A stretch of 64,000 bases of DNA from a virus. This document shows positions 10,801 to 20,389 of the stretch, piece by piece (positions within the stretch are counted from its first letter, which is position 1; each line of letters starts with the position of its first letter). The stretch is taken from IMG/VR virus record IMGVR_UViG_3300028920_000073. One strand, written 5' to 3'. The notes under the pieces were generated by a model. The model searched no databases. It had not been told where the DNA came from and worked only from the letters and a program-made list of their open reading frames with translations. Position numbers and translations under genes: made by a program.

Positions 10801-12704
10801 TAGCTTTTATATTAGGTGCTGTTATTTCAGAAGGAAGTTTTAAAAGGAATAGAATATCTATAGGTAACAAAGACAAAAAATATCTTAAACTTATTCAAAC
10901 ATATTTTAATAAAGTTTTTAAAATAAAACCTAAAACATATCCTTATACTAAACATAAATCTAATAATATAGATTGTATTATTATAACATCTAAGGTTTTG
11001 TCTAAATGGTTTGAAGAATTAGGATTATTAAAAACTACTTCTTATAATAAACAAGTTCCTTGGTGTATAATGGAAGCAGATAAAGAAAGTCAGTTATCCT
11101 TTATAGCATCTTATATAGAAGGTGATGGTTGGATAACATGTGACCAAATAGGTATATCTTCTAATTCAAAAAAATTGTTACATCAAATACAAGTTATTTT
11201 AAGTAGTCATGGTATTATGTCTGTTATAAATAAAAATAACATAAGAGGTGCTTCCAAGTATGATAACTACTTAATATATAACAAAATAAAACCATATTTA
11301 GTTTCAAAGCATTGCAAAATATGGGAAAAGGAACCAGATAAAGAATTACATAAAGGTTTCCCTTTTCAAAGTATAAGAGATTTTTTTAGATCGAGAAAAA
11401 CAAAGGATCAAAGTACCAACTGTATAAATGATGATGGAAAAGAAATTGTTTTAAGTAACTGTTCTTATTATGAACGTAATTGTTTATTTCATAACGAAAA
11501 CAGATTATTCTTTTCTTATTCTGAATATAAAAAGGGAAGATACAATGGTATATTAAAGGATCTTAAAAGAATATCAAAAAAAGAATATCAAAAAATTATT
11601 AATCTTATAAAGTATAATTATTGGTATACACCTATTAAAAGTATAGAAAATATAGAAAAACAAAAAACTTATGATTTAACAATCAACAAACACACTCCTT
11701 CATATACAGCAAACGGTATTGTTGTACATAACTCAACATGGGAATTTAATCCCGATTATAGATCTAAGGAAGATATTGAAGAATTTGAATCAGATCCTGT
11801 TGGGGCTTGGAGAGATTTTGGTGCCTCACCTCCATTAGGTGATAAGCAATGGTACAAAGATGCAATTGAATTAAACCGTATGGTAAGAGAAGATCCTAAT
11901 GATAACATTAAGGTAGAAATTAAAAAAGGTCTTAATAAATTCGGTGACGAAACAGTATATGCAGAATTAAAAGAAATGAATATTGATGCTCGTTATCCTT
12001 ACATAATATCAATTGATAACGGTTTTAGTAATAACTGTTTCGCTTTAACTCTACAACATAGAGAAAAAGAAAAATGTATAACTGATTACGCTTTACAGAT
12101 TTTCCCCGACAATAAACTTAATGTTAATCTAAATAAAACATTTAAAAATTTAGTTGTAAAAATAATACAATCTAAAATAACTGTAGCTCTTGTTGTATAT
12201 GATCAATGGAATTCCTTAACAGACGTTCAGAGATTAAAAGATGATTATAAAATAGAAGCAATACAATACTCAATGAATTATAAAGAGTTCACTGAAGTTA
12301 AGCAACAACTGTTTGCATCATATCATTCGTTTCCTAGACCTAAACGTACTGATCCTAACATATTAGTTAAAATAAACAGTAATGATGATCTGTTAAATAT
12401 ATCTAAACTAGATCCTGATTTTGCATTACTATTACAAATACTAACTGTAAGAGATTTAGGTAGAAGATTAGCAAAACCATCTTATGGAGATGACGATCTT
12501 TTTAGAGCATGGGCTTTAGGATCTTTTATAAGTTTTAATGATGACTATAAAAATAAACTATTACAGTTGGGAAATAATAATAGAGCATTAGGTTCATTGG
12601 GAATGATATCAAATAGTGGACTTGTTGCAAACCAACAATCTGCTACTAATAATTTTGCAAGAGCAGGAAGTAAATCAGACAGAGGAATTGAAGTATATAG
12701 ATAG
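7887..12704 (+). CDS. terL: Terminase large subunit with two inteins (about 674 aa after splicing)
   Basis: Walker A AGQR|SGKS split by intein, Walker B ESIDELSW, RNase H-like nuclease IISIDNGF...VVYDQWNS; upstream of portal. Confidence 0.9.
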   Translation: MEDLLFKKDSLITDVFNPEDYADEIIMHNIDPGLLEDLDEKEIPRPANFLECTVGKDFLNTSILPRQLQIASLFFGEICFDCSDKELVYNMYDQEIGEIIERISFLRFGVCPKCKQTRADIVKQELYHRPNRLYVLAGQRCVTGDTLIQTKDGIFEIEKFAENRKEGFSDLKLKVFNGDKLDTVDKFFIGNKEKIKTIKTKYGTKISGTYDHPIKVFDGSYNLPFKKIKDIKKDDFILIKYGQNIWPKNPPNISSFKSNWDKNYEKGECLSFKFGKSRLHNDKIPIKITKQLSRLLGYLVSEGSFEESSFQFANHDKKLLKDFSDIAIKLFGSNVVNIHKKYIQISSTKVTKFLNYIGCYGTSYKKEVPWCILQSPKLIVSEFLKSYFEGDGGLEKRDVSCSSVSEKLIDQLRILLFNFGIFSKKRKKPMKYWDYKKYVYILNISSPEFLKMFKKHINFISDKKIKKLNEKIKWYDNKRTNNAPFIHEYLKPLNNFFKETIQLYKKILISKKLTKNINNIEYFDRVGYESVFGKKDVLRRIGNNVGYNNRSLTRKSLSDFLDILLNTEYFSFRWDKELTKRIKFLMWVNNNKVLFDSVKEIKYSKAVTYDFHIPKTHQFWSNGCISHNSGKSIEVSIISHYHTIRYLTLENNDGKRIPHYKMFGMPPSPIYWTFTASTLKQAYENLWDPFRGYYDNAPWYKNFNSLLNDYGRKKGEKLFSDPQTYLSYHHKKVGLMCESPNKTRLRGKTRYGESIDELSWYDLVTDEDSKLGSAEEICKALNNSLRTLRMKALKQYEKGNFDCPTAIEVNISSPADVNDIMMRRNREAKRSKSMMSFKYCLSGDSLIQTEKGLKRIDEINSNIKILGETRKVNLSEWHYTGKKDLLQITSETGHCLNSSKTHKIKTFYKNNFKWVKAKDLKVGDIICINPFEFTRKSKLKLKLTPFRFFIEESKNPWSITKVNPPNKMSIELAFILGAVISEGSFKRNRISIGNKDKKYLKLIQTYFNKVFKIKPKTYPYTKHKSNNIDCIIITSKVLSKWFEELGLLKTTSYNKQVPWCIMEADKESQLSFIASYIEGDGWITCDQIGISSNSKKLLHQIQVILSSHGIMSVINKNNIRGASKYDNYLIYNKIKPYLVSKHCKIWEKEPDKELHKGFPFQSIRDFFRSRKTKDQSTNCINDDGKEIVLSNCSYYERNCLFHNENRLFFSYSEYKKGRYNGILKDLKRISKKEYQKIINLIKYNYWYTPIKSIENIEKQKTYDLTINKHTPSYTANGIVVHNSTWEFNPDYRSKEDIEEFESDPVGAWRDFGASPPLGDKQWYKDAIELNRMVREDPNDNIKVEIKKGLNKFGDETVYAELKEMNIDARYPYIISIDNGFSNNCFALTLQHREKEKCITDYALQIFPDNKLNVNLNKTFKNLVVKIIQSKITVALVVYDQWNSLTDVQRLKDDYKIEAIQYSMNYKEFTEVKQQLFASYHSFPRPKRTDPNILVKINSNDDLLNISKLDPDFALLLQILTVRDLGRRLAKPSYGDDDLFRAWALGSFISFNDDYKNKLLQLGNNNRALGSLGMISNSGLVANQQSATNNFARAGSKSDRGIEVYR
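8307..9770 (+). mobile_element. Intein 1 in TerL (488 aa, LAGLIDADG HEN)
   Basis: CVTGDT...GCISHN|S; LLGYLVSEG and FLKSYFEGDG endonuclease motifs. Confidence 0.92.
10404..11732 (+). mobile_element. Intein 2 in TerL (443 aa, LAGLIDADG HEN)
   Basis: CLSGDS...GIVVHN|S; ILGAVISEG and FIASYIEGDG motifs. Confidence 0.92.
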
Positions 12705-12712
12705 GAGGATAC

Positions 12713-13057
12713 ATGGCAATTAAAGCAAAAAATCTAGTTGAACTTATCAATAAGAAAAAATCATTAAAGCTTAAACCAAACGAAGTAAATGCTATTGTGA
12801 ATAAATTAAAAATAGCTGACATTCGTGTTGTAAGAGATAAAGATATAACGAGTGTAACAAAACTAATAATTAAAGCTTCAAGAAGTAAAGCTCCAACTAT
12901 TAAACACACAGTAGTAACAGCAGGAGCATCTGATGTGTTTAAAAGAAAATGTCCAAGATGTAAAGCATCAATGGAAGAAGTTAAACTTTTAAGAAGAGAA
13001 GCTGATTATTGTCCTGAAGATAGAATTGTTTTACCTCGTAAGGTACAGGAGAGTTAA
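12713..13057 (+). CDS. Small basic zinc-ribbon protein
   Basis: CPRC...CPED motif; lies between terL and portal. Confidence 0.65.
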   Translation: MAIKAKNLVELINKKKSLKLKPNEVNAIVNKLKIADIRVVRDKDITSVTKLIIKASRSKAPTIKHTVVTAGASDVFKRKCPRCKASMEEVKLLRREADYCPEDRIVLPRKVQES

Positions 13058-16000
13058 TGTTTTATAAATTTGGTAGAAAAACTGTTGGAAGTTATCTAGG
13101 CGAAGGACAGCCTAATATATCCGGCAAGTTAAAAACAGCAATATCTTCTTTACAAAAAATAGGAGGAGATAAATCTGACCTAGCTAAAATGATCATGGGA
13201 AGTGATTGTGCTAGTAATGGTGCTGGAGGTTTTGGTGGAGGATTGATTCCTGGAGGAGGTAGTGGAAGTACTACTGATCGTTTTGCTCCTAATAACGAAA
13301 GATTAAATGCTCCATCTGTTTTAGATGAGATAACTCCTAAAAGTGAAAGAATATTAGGAACACTGTTTAGAGGATTATATAGGCAAGATGCTGTAGCTGG
13401 ACCTGCTGTAGATTTAATTTCTACTCTTCCGTGGTCTTCATGGAATTTAGAAGGTATAGATGATAAATCAGTTAAGAAGATTTATAGTGATGCTATGGAG
13501 GCTATTGATCCTGAGTCAACAATGCCTGTTTTATCAAGAGAATTTCTTGTGATGGGTAGATTTTGTGGATCATTGATTTTTGATGGTACTAAGGGGACGT
13601 TTGTTGATGTTATACCACATGATCCTGCTTATTTAAAATTTGAAGAAATACCAGTAAGGGGTTTTGATCCTAAAATAGACGTAATGTCTAATGCTACATT
13701 AAGAAGGTTTTTATCTTCTAATGATCCTAGAGATATAGAAGCTCGTAATGCTATTCCTGATTATTTAAGGCAGAGACTACTAAGAGGTAACGCTCCGTTA
13801 GAGCCCTTAAATACGCTGTTTATACCCCGAAAAGTTTTTCCGACTAATTATCTAGGTACTTCTATTTATTACCGCATACTGCCCTTCTATGCCTTAGAGA
13901 AAGCCCTGTGGAATGCCACAATATCTTCTGCCAGAAGACGAGCAAGATCAATAACTCATATTTCAGCAGGAATAGAAAATGTCTGGGAACCAACAGGAGC
14001 AGATCTTAACGAACTTGTTACAATGTTTATGCAGTCTGAGGAAGATCCTGTTGGGGCATATGTTGTAACACGAAACGGTGTGGAAGTAAATGAAGTTCGT
14101 CCTGGTTCTGACTTCTGGAGAATATCAGAAGAATGGGATATGCTTACCAATGGTAAAATGAGAGCAATGGGACTCAATGAAACATTTCTTTGTATCTCTG
14201 GAGATAGTCTTATTCCGACAAAAGAAAAGGGAATCATTAGAATTGATGAAATGTCTTCTGGTAAAAAGAAGATAGAAGATATAAACATAACTGTTGGATC
14301 TAAATATGGGGAATCAAGAGCAGTTAAATGGATATATAGAGGGCATACGGATACATTAAAAATAGAAACAGATTATGGATATTCAATAAAATGTACCCCC
14401 GAACATAAAATACAGATTTTAGATAAAGAAACAGATACTTTAAAATGGAAGGAAGCTCAAAATCTAAAACTAGATGATATATTATGTATTCCAACTAAAA
14501 AATGTGTTCGTAAAACTAAACTTAAACTAAATTTACCTATTTTTAAAAGAAGTGATCATGATTTCAGTTCAATAATTCCAAAAACTCCAAAATATATGAA
14601 TCCTGATTTGGCATTTATTTTAGGATTAATTATATCAGAAGGAACATTTAGAAATTTTGAAGACGGAGATTATACACGATATAAATTTTCATTTAGTAAC
14701 TCAGATAAAAAACTTTTAGATAAATTTGAAAAGTTAATTAATAAAGTTTTCGGATTAGGAGTTACTCGTGATGCATCAATGAAAAAAGGAACAATTTTTT
14801 ATATTAAAGATGTTAAAACTATATGTAATAAAGATACTTATTCTATGGTTGTTCATAATAAGATAGTTTCTAATTGGCTTGATTATCTTGGGTTATATGG
14901 AGATGGTATAAAATATGGAAAACTTCCATCATACTATAAAGAAGTTCCTTGGTGTATACTACAAGCAGATGAAGAATCTCAACTAGCTTATTTAGCTTCA
15001 TATATGGAAGGAGATGGATCAATAGGTGATAAAAAAGAAATAGCTTTTCATTCCAGATCAATTAAAAATCTAAAACAAATGCAGATAATGCTCGCATCTC
15101 ATGGTATTATAAGCAGACTTATGAAAAAATACTATAGACTTAACTTAACTAGGGATAATGCATTATTGTTTTATAACAAAATTGAAAAATATGTAATATC
15201 AAAAAAATATAAACATAGTAGAAGTCCTTATACAAATAGAAAGTTTGGAATAAAAATAAACGGTATAAAAGATTTTCTTAAAGAAAGAATAGTATCAAGA
15301 AACAGTTTAGGTGCTTATTTTTATGATGATAACAATAAAGAAGTATTCATTAAATCTTGGGCAAGTATTGATATAAGTAGGTGGAATATTATGTTGTATT
15401 CTTCATATGATGAAGGATATTATAACAATTTTTTAGAAGTTCTTAAAAAAATATCAAAAAGTAAGTATAATGAGATAATAAATATATTTAAGCTTAGATA
15501 TTTTTATGATAATGTATCATCTGTAAGGAAAAACAGAAAACAAGATGTTTATGATTTGTCAATGAGTATATCACCTCGAAAGTCGCAAAAAAACGATAAC
15601 GCTCCTGCATTTATCGCAAATGGCCTCCTAATCCATAATTCTGGAGAAGCTACCTATAACACAATGGAAGCAGCATTGTCAGTTTTTATAGAAAACATAA
15701 AAGTGTTTAGAGATGATATAACTAAGAGAACTTTTAATAATAAAATATTTTCTAATCTTGCTAGAGCACATGGATTTGTTAAAAGAAAAACAGTTGAAAC
15801 TTCACATAATATAAGATTCGGATCAACAAAAACATTACTTGAAAAACAAAGAAAAAACAGTTTTGTTTTTGGTGACGGTTCAAATGATAAAAACAAAGGA
15901 ATAAACAAAGAATTATCTGTTAAAGATGCTATGAATATTCCTCATGGTGATTTGTTAATACCTGAAGTTGTATGGTCAAAATCACTATCACCAGAAGGAG

Positions 16001-16698
16001 ATTCAGCATATCTTGATATTTTAAATACAATGGAAGAGAAAGGTGTCCCTGTTAATTTAAAGCAATGGGCTGCTGCTGGAGGTGTTAATCTTGAAAAAGC
16101 TATTGAAGGACTAGACGAAGATAAAAAATTAAGAGAAGAAATAAAGCAGAAGAAGGGAGATGGAGAAGAAGGAGATGGTGATGATATGTTTGCAGGTTAT
16201 GTACCTACAATAGCAAACGCCAGTAATCTTTTTTGCTTTCATCCACAGGGTAAAAGAAACTTCTTTGGTGTTACAAGAAAACAATTTAAAAAGATTGTTA
16301 AAAGTCTATTAAAAACTGAAGCATCAAAACGTAAAAAAATATTAAACGATCATAAATATGTTAAAAGAGAATTAAGTAAAGTTTTTGATGGTAATCCTAT
16401 AAAGATAGAAGCATCATGTTATTTACTTAACAGATTTAGACTATGTAAAATACCAATACAAAAGGATTTTCTAGAAAAGGTTTCTGATAAAATAACAGCA
16501 TCACTAACGGAAGAAACAACAAAGGAACAAAAGAGAAGAGTTTTTCAAGAAATGAATTATATACCAGTTGTTTCTAATTTTGATAAAACAATTAAAGAAA
16601 ATGAAGTAAAAACTGAAGTAGGAAACGCTATTAGTAAAATAAATTCAAAAATTAAAAAAACAACAAAAGAAAACAGTAATATATATAGTGGAATGTAG
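13057..16698 (+). CDS. Portal protein with one intein (about 730 aa after splicing)
   Basis: Position after terL; portal-like motifs RGLYRQDAVAGPAVDLISTLP and MGLNETFL|SGEATY...FIENIKVFRDDI. Confidence 0.8.
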   Translation: MFYKFGRKTVGSYLGEGQPNISGKLKTAISSLQKIGGDKSDLAKMIMGSDCASNGAGGFGGGLIPGGGSGSTTDRFAPNNERLNAPSVLDEITPKSERILGTLFRGLYRQDAVAGPAVDLISTLPWSSWNLEGIDDKSVKKIYSDAMEAIDPESTMPVLSREFLVMGRFCGSLIFDGTKGTFVDVIPHDPAYLKFEEIPVRGFDPKIDVMSNATLRRFLSSNDPRDIEARNAIPDYLRQRLLRGNAPLEPLNTLFIPRKVFPTNYLGTSIYYRILPFYALEKALWNATISSARRRARSITHISAGIENVWEPTGADLNELVTMFMQSEEDPVGAYVVTRNGVEVNEVRPGSDFWRISEEWDMLTNGKMRAMGLNETFLCISGDSLIPTKEKGIIRIDEMSSGKKKIEDINITVGSKYGESRAVKWIYRGHTDTLKIETDYGYSIKCTPEHKIQILDKETDTLKWKEAQNLKLDDILCIPTKKCVRKTKLKLNLPIFKRSDHDFSSIIPKTPKYMNPDLAFILGLIISEGTFRNFEDGDYTRYKFSFSNSDKKLLDKFEKLINKVFGLGVTRDASMKKGTIFYIKDVKTICNKDTYSMVVHNKIVSNWLDYLGLYGDGIKYGKLPSYYKEVPWCILQADEESQLAYLASYMEGDGSIGDKKEIAFHSRSIKNLKQMQIMLASHGIISRLMKKYYRLNLTRDNALLFYNKIEKYVISKKYKHSRSPYTNRKFGIKINGIKDFLKERIVSRNSLGAYFYDDNNKEVFIKSWASIDISRWNIMLYSSYDEGYYNNFLEVLKKISKSKYNEIINIFKLRYFYDNVSSVRKNRKQDVYDLSMSISPRKSQKNDNAPAFIANGLLIHNSGEATYNTMEAALSVFIENIKVFRDDITKRTFNNKIFSNLARAHGFVKRKTVETSHNIRFGSTKTLLEKQRKNSFVFGDGSNDKNKGINKELSVKDAMNIPHGDLLIPEVVWSKSLSPEGDSAYLDILNTMEEKGVPVNLKQWAAAGGVNLEKAIEGLDEDKKLREEIKQKKGDGEEGDGDDMFAGYVPTIANASNLFCFHPQGKRNFFGVTRKQFKKIVKSLLKTEASKRKKILNDHKYVKRELSKVFDGNPIKIEASCYLLNRFRLCKIPIQKDFLEKVSDKITASLTEETTKEQKRRVFQEMNYIPVVSNFDKTIKENEVKTEVGNAISKINSKIKKTTKENSNIYSGM
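14191..15639 (+). mobile_element. Intein in portal (483 aa, LAGLIDADG HEN)
   Basis: CISGDS...GLLIHN|S; ILGLIISEG and YLASYMEGDG motifs. Confidence 0.92.
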
Positions 16699-16711
16699 TA
16701 ACACAGTAACA
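16699..16711 (+). promoter_or_regulatory. TAACACA leader motif
   Basis: TAACACAGTAACA immediately after the portal stop and before SD GGAGG. Confidence 0.5.
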
Positions 16712-16722
16712 GGAGGAATAGA

Positions 16723-17196
16723 ATGCTTAATATCCTCTGTATAGAAGATACACAGGAAGATAACTCAGTAATAAAAAGGTATCTAAAGGAGTTTCATCCA
16801 AAGCATGTTTTTTCACATGTTAGATCTTACACAAAAGCTGTTAAAATAATAGAGGATAAGTCTTTTGATATAGTATTTTTAGATGTTAATATAGATAATG
16901 GATTGTCTCCAGAGGATGCAACTAGAATAATTTTACAAAAGTGTTCTGGAACACCCATATTTTTAATGACAGATTCAAAAGGAGAAGATATAAAAGATTT
17001 TGTTAAATATGGTGCTTTTTATTTTTTGCATAAGAGTAATATAGAAACAAAACCAACAAGAGAATACTTAAATATATCTATAGAACAAGCAAAATGGAGA
17101 TTAAAAAACAAAAGCAATAAAAACAATAGAATAATAAAGGCTATTGATAATTTTAAAAGTAAAATAAATGACCAATCAAGGATAACTTGTATATGA
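16723..17196 (+). CDS. Stand-alone CheY-like response regulator receiver protein
   Basis: IED acidic pocket, FLDVN phospho-acceptor Asp, LMT Thr, LHK Lys all present. Confidence 0.85.
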   Translation: MLNILCIEDTQEDNSVIKRYLKEFHPKHVFSHVRSYTKAVKIIEDKSFDIVFLDVNIDNGLSPEDATRIILQKCSGTPIFLMTDSKGEDIKDFVKYGAFYFLHKSNIETKPTREYLNISIEQAKWRLKNKSNKNNRIIKAIDNFKSKINDQSRITCI

Positions 17197-17630
17197 CAGA
17201 AAGTTTAGTAGCGTTTAAAACATGGCATTTAATATTTGTAACATTATCAGCAGCAGCTACCCTTATACTAACAGCAGGATTGATTGCAAAAATGTATTTC
17301 AATTCCAAAAAAGAAGAAAAAAAAGATAATTCGAATAAACCAAGAAACGAAGTAACAGATAGAGAATACGAAACAATAAAAACAGAATTAAGTTTTATAA
17401 GAACACAATATGAATCACAAGGTAAATCTTTATCAGAATTAATAGGTAAAACAAAAGAAAATTCTGATTTAAAAAAGAATGTAGATGATGCAGTAAAGGA
17501 ATTATCTGAATTAAAAGGAACAGTAACCGGACTAGAAAGGTATATAAGTAATATAAGAGATGACTTTAACACATTAAGATCTGATACAACAAAATTTTTA
17601 CAAGATCTATTAACTTCATTTAAAGATTAA
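17187..17630 (+). CDS. Single-TM coiled-coil protein (holin/XhlA-like architecture)
   Basis: One TM (LIFVTLSAAATLILTAGLIA) followed by coiled coil. Confidence 0.5.
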   Translation: MYMTESLVAFKTWHLIFVTLSAAATLILTAGLIAKMYFNSKKEEKKDNSNKPRNEVTDREYETIKTELSFIRTQYESQGKSLSELIGKTKENSDLKKNVDDAVKELSELKGTVTGLERYISNIRDDFNTLRSDTTKFLQDLLTSFKD

Positions 17631-17633
17631 TAT

Positions 17634-18614
17634 ATGGGTTTATGCTCACAAAATAGAACTGATAAAAGACTACAAAGCAAAAGAGATAATTCTCAGTTTG
17701 ATCAAAGTAGAACTAGTCATTATGGAGACAAAGTTAGAATAATGGCAGAAGATATTGGTTCCCAAGTAGCTAATATGAACTCAAACACACTAAAAGTAGA
17801 TGTAAGAGAGTTTTATTTCTACCAAAGAATAAAATCAGGAAGAATTTGTTCATGTTTCTTAGGAGAACAAGCAACTCCTGAAGGTAAATGTCAGATATGT
17901 TTTGGAACTGGTTTTGTTGGTGGTTACAATAAGTATGGAACTAAATTAGAAGTAATAGATGTAACTTCTAAGATGAATACAGTAGGAATTGAACCTGATT
18001 ATACAATAAACATAAGACCAGTACTTTTAAAACTAATGGATAATAGATACAAAGGTTATTTTGTATCTACAATAAAAATAAATAATAATACAGGAGATAT
18101 AGATGCTTTTCAAATAATAACAAGTGGTGTAAACAGAGACGCTTCTATAGAAGTCCTTGTTAAAGGAAGCCATCAAAATGATTCTGATTACAGAAAAGCT
18201 ACACTTGAAAACGTTAAAAGTTTAATAAGTTTTTCTTCACTTGATTTTAAAGTTATATTTGAAAGGGTAAACCTTAAAACAGAAACACCAAGATTTTCAC
18301 ATATATATTTAAGATATAAACAAAAAGAAAATTTAATAATAAGAGGAGATATACCAAAAACAACAACATCCTTTTCATTAGGAGAACAAGGTTTCTTAGA
18401 CCAATTTACTTCAATTAGAGTGTTTTTTGATAATACTATAACAAATTATACGTCAGATGATTTCTTTTATTTAACAAGGACTTCTGATCCTATGCAAAGA
18501 TTCTGGAAGATTTTTGGTGTAGAATTACATAATTCGTTTGGAGCAACGTTACACTCTGACGTGGATATAACAGTTATTCAAAGTTTTGAAATGTACACAA
18601 AGGTGCCTATATAA
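17634..18614 (+). CDS. Virion neck/head-closure-type structural protein
   Basis: RICSC...CQICFGTGFVGGY motif seen in large-phage neck proteins. Confidence 0.6.
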   Translation: MGLCSQNRTDKRLQSKRDNSQFDQSRTSHYGDKVRIMAEDIGSQVANMNSNTLKVDVREFYFYQRIKSGRICSCFLGEQATPEGKCQICFGTGFVGGYNKYGTKLEVIDVTSKMNTVGIEPDYTINIRPVLLKLMDNRYKGYFVSTIKINNNTGDIDAFQIITSGVNRDASIEVLVKGSHQNDSDYRKATLENVKSLISFSSLDFKVIFERVNLKTETPRFSHIYLRYKQKENLIIRGDIPKTTTSFSLGEQGFLDQFTSIRVFFDNTITNYTSDDFFYLTRTSDPMQRFWKIFGVELHNSFGATLHSDVDITVIQSFEMYTKVPI

Positions 18615-18898
18615 TGTTAGAATTTTTTTCTTCAATAGGAATAACTATTGTTATAACACAAGGTTTTATAATTACATGGTTTTCTGATAAGATACCGTTT
18701 AAATGGCTAAATTACTTAGTTAGATGTTCTATGTGTACAGGTTTTTGGGTTGGACTTTTTATGTTTTCATTTAATTTAAAAATGGCTTTTTGTATTTCGT
18801 TAGCAAGTTACATAACAGGATTACTTTTAGATTTAATACAAAGCTTAATATCTTTTATTATAAATAAAAACAAAATTATGAATAATAACGAGGAATAA
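18614..18898 (+). CDS. DUF1360-like membrane protein
   Basis: Hydrophobic helices with LVRCSMCTGFWVG motif. Confidence 0.6.
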   Translation: MLEFFSSIGITIVITQGFIITWFSDKIPFKWLNYLVRCSMCTGFWVGLFMFSFNLKMAFCISLASYITGLLLDLIQSLISFIINKNKIMNNNEE

Positions 18899-18900
18899 AC

Positions 18901-19059
18901 ATGGGTTGTTGTGGAGGTAGTGTAAACAGAAAACCTACAATTAAAAACACAGTAAGGAAAATAGGTTCTTTTATGTGTCATATATGTGGACATCAAATGG
19001 TAGCACAAAGTAATTTTATGAAATGTAAAAAATGTAAAGCAGTAAGAAAATTAAAGTAA
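18901..19059 (+). CDS. Small zinc-ribbon protein (52 aa, MGCCGG N-terminus)
   Basis: SD GAGG; CHIC...CKKC; below ORF-track cutoff. Confidence 0.65.
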   Translation: MGCCGGSVNRKPTIKNTVRKIGSFMCHICGHQMVAQSNFMKCKKCKAVRKLK

Positions 19060-19068
19060 GGAGATAAA

Positions 19069-19695
19069 ATGGAATTATATGCAAATGCTGTTTATCAAAT
19101 CGTACCAAGTGAAGATGGATTGGTTCAAGATTATGATAAAAAATATGATGAAATAATCGATTCACATATTAAAACAGGAAAAAGTAATGACTCTGTTATA
19201 AAAAGTATTTCTAAAAAAACAAGTTATGCTGAAGTAAGATCTTTTAATAAAGAAGATGAAACTGCTGATATAAAAATAATACATGGAACAAACAAAGGAA
19301 AAACAAGAGTAATTGATGTAAGTAAACTTAAGGAACCTGATATTTATCCTCGTTTTATGTATTCTCCAAAAGTATGGTGTGAGAAAGTAAATGCAGGAAA
19401 AGCTATAGTAGAAGAAGAAATTAATGCAAAAATAGAAGAAGCATTAAAATCTGAAGAAATACAAAACGAACTTATTGGTTTTAGTTTTTTTGAACAAAAA
19501 CAACCTACAATTGACAGAACATTAAGAACAGTAAAAATGTTATTACAACCTTACTTTGGAGGTTTTCTACTAGCTTTATTAATAGGTTATATTAAGAAAA
19601 AAATAGATACATATTTAAATAAAAAACAAAAGGTTCAAAGAGATCCTAAACTTCAAAAGATAGCAGGACCTCAAAAATCCTTAAAAGGTTTTTAA
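19069..19695 (+). CDS. Hypothetical protein
   Basis: 208 aa, SD AAGGAG. Confidence 0.7.
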   Translation: MELYANAVYQIVPSEDGLVQDYDKKYDEIIDSHIKTGKSNDSVIKSISKKTSYAEVRSFNKEDETADIKIIHGTNKGKTRVIDVSKLKEPDIYPRFMYSPKVWCEKVNAGKAIVEEEINAKIEEALKSEEIQNELIGFSFFEQKQPTIDRTLRTVKMLLQPYFGGFLLALLIGYIKKKIDTYLNKKQKVQRDPKLQKIAGPQKSLKGF

Positions 19696-19696
19696 T

Positions 19697-20389
19697 ATGA
19701 ATAAAGCAGAAGCTAGAGTTAGAAGAAAAAGAAAATTTGGAAAAAGAATACCTTTTTCAAAAAAACATAAAATAACTCCTAAACAACTTCTAGACAAAAT
19801 AAAGAAAGGAAATAATACAATGGAAAAGATAACAGAAGAAGAAAAACAATCTATACTTCCAGAAGCAATAATTGATGTAACTGATCTTTTAAACAAATGT
19901 AATCAATTATTACATAATAGATTTAAACCTGCTCCAGAGTATATAAAAGATTATCTAAGAGAGACTTCTTTAAACCTATCAGATTTAGTTGATGAGTTAA
20001 CTAAGAAACTTAAGAGTAAAGCAGACTCTTACAGAAACGGTAGAGAAGAAAGAGATATAAAGGAAGAAGGTGCAGAAGAACTTGTTAAAACAGTTTCTAA
20101 TGTAAAAAAGGAATTGTCAGAGGAACCTGAGTTAGTTAAAGAACTTGATGCCTGGATGCAACAAACAATAAAAAGATCTCCAAAACTTTCTCCGGAAGTT
20201 ATAGCATCAAACATTAAAACATTAAGAGTTGAAGATAACTCAAGATTAGTTGCTTCCTTAGATGGTATATTTTTTGATGCTAATAATTCTAAGTTCGAGA
20301 TAGAAATAGATGGTAAGATGTTCGGATGCACTATTGAGCATAAAGCAAACATACCAACAAGAGTTATGAGGTTACATAGAATTGATTAG
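19697..20389 (+). CDS. Hypothetical protein with basic N-terminus
   Basis: 230 aa, coupled. Confidence 0.65.
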   Translation: MNKAEARVRRKRKFGKRIPFSKKHKITPKQLLDKIKKGNNTMEKITEEEKQSILPEAIIDVTDLLNKCNQLLHNRFKPAPEYIKDYLRETSLNLSDLVDELTKKLKSKADSYRNGREERDIKEEGAEELVKTVSNVKKELSEEPELVKELDAWMQQTIKRSPKLSPEVIASNIKTLRVEDNSRLVASLDGIFFDANNSKFEIEIDGKMFGCTIEHKANIPTRVMRLHRID

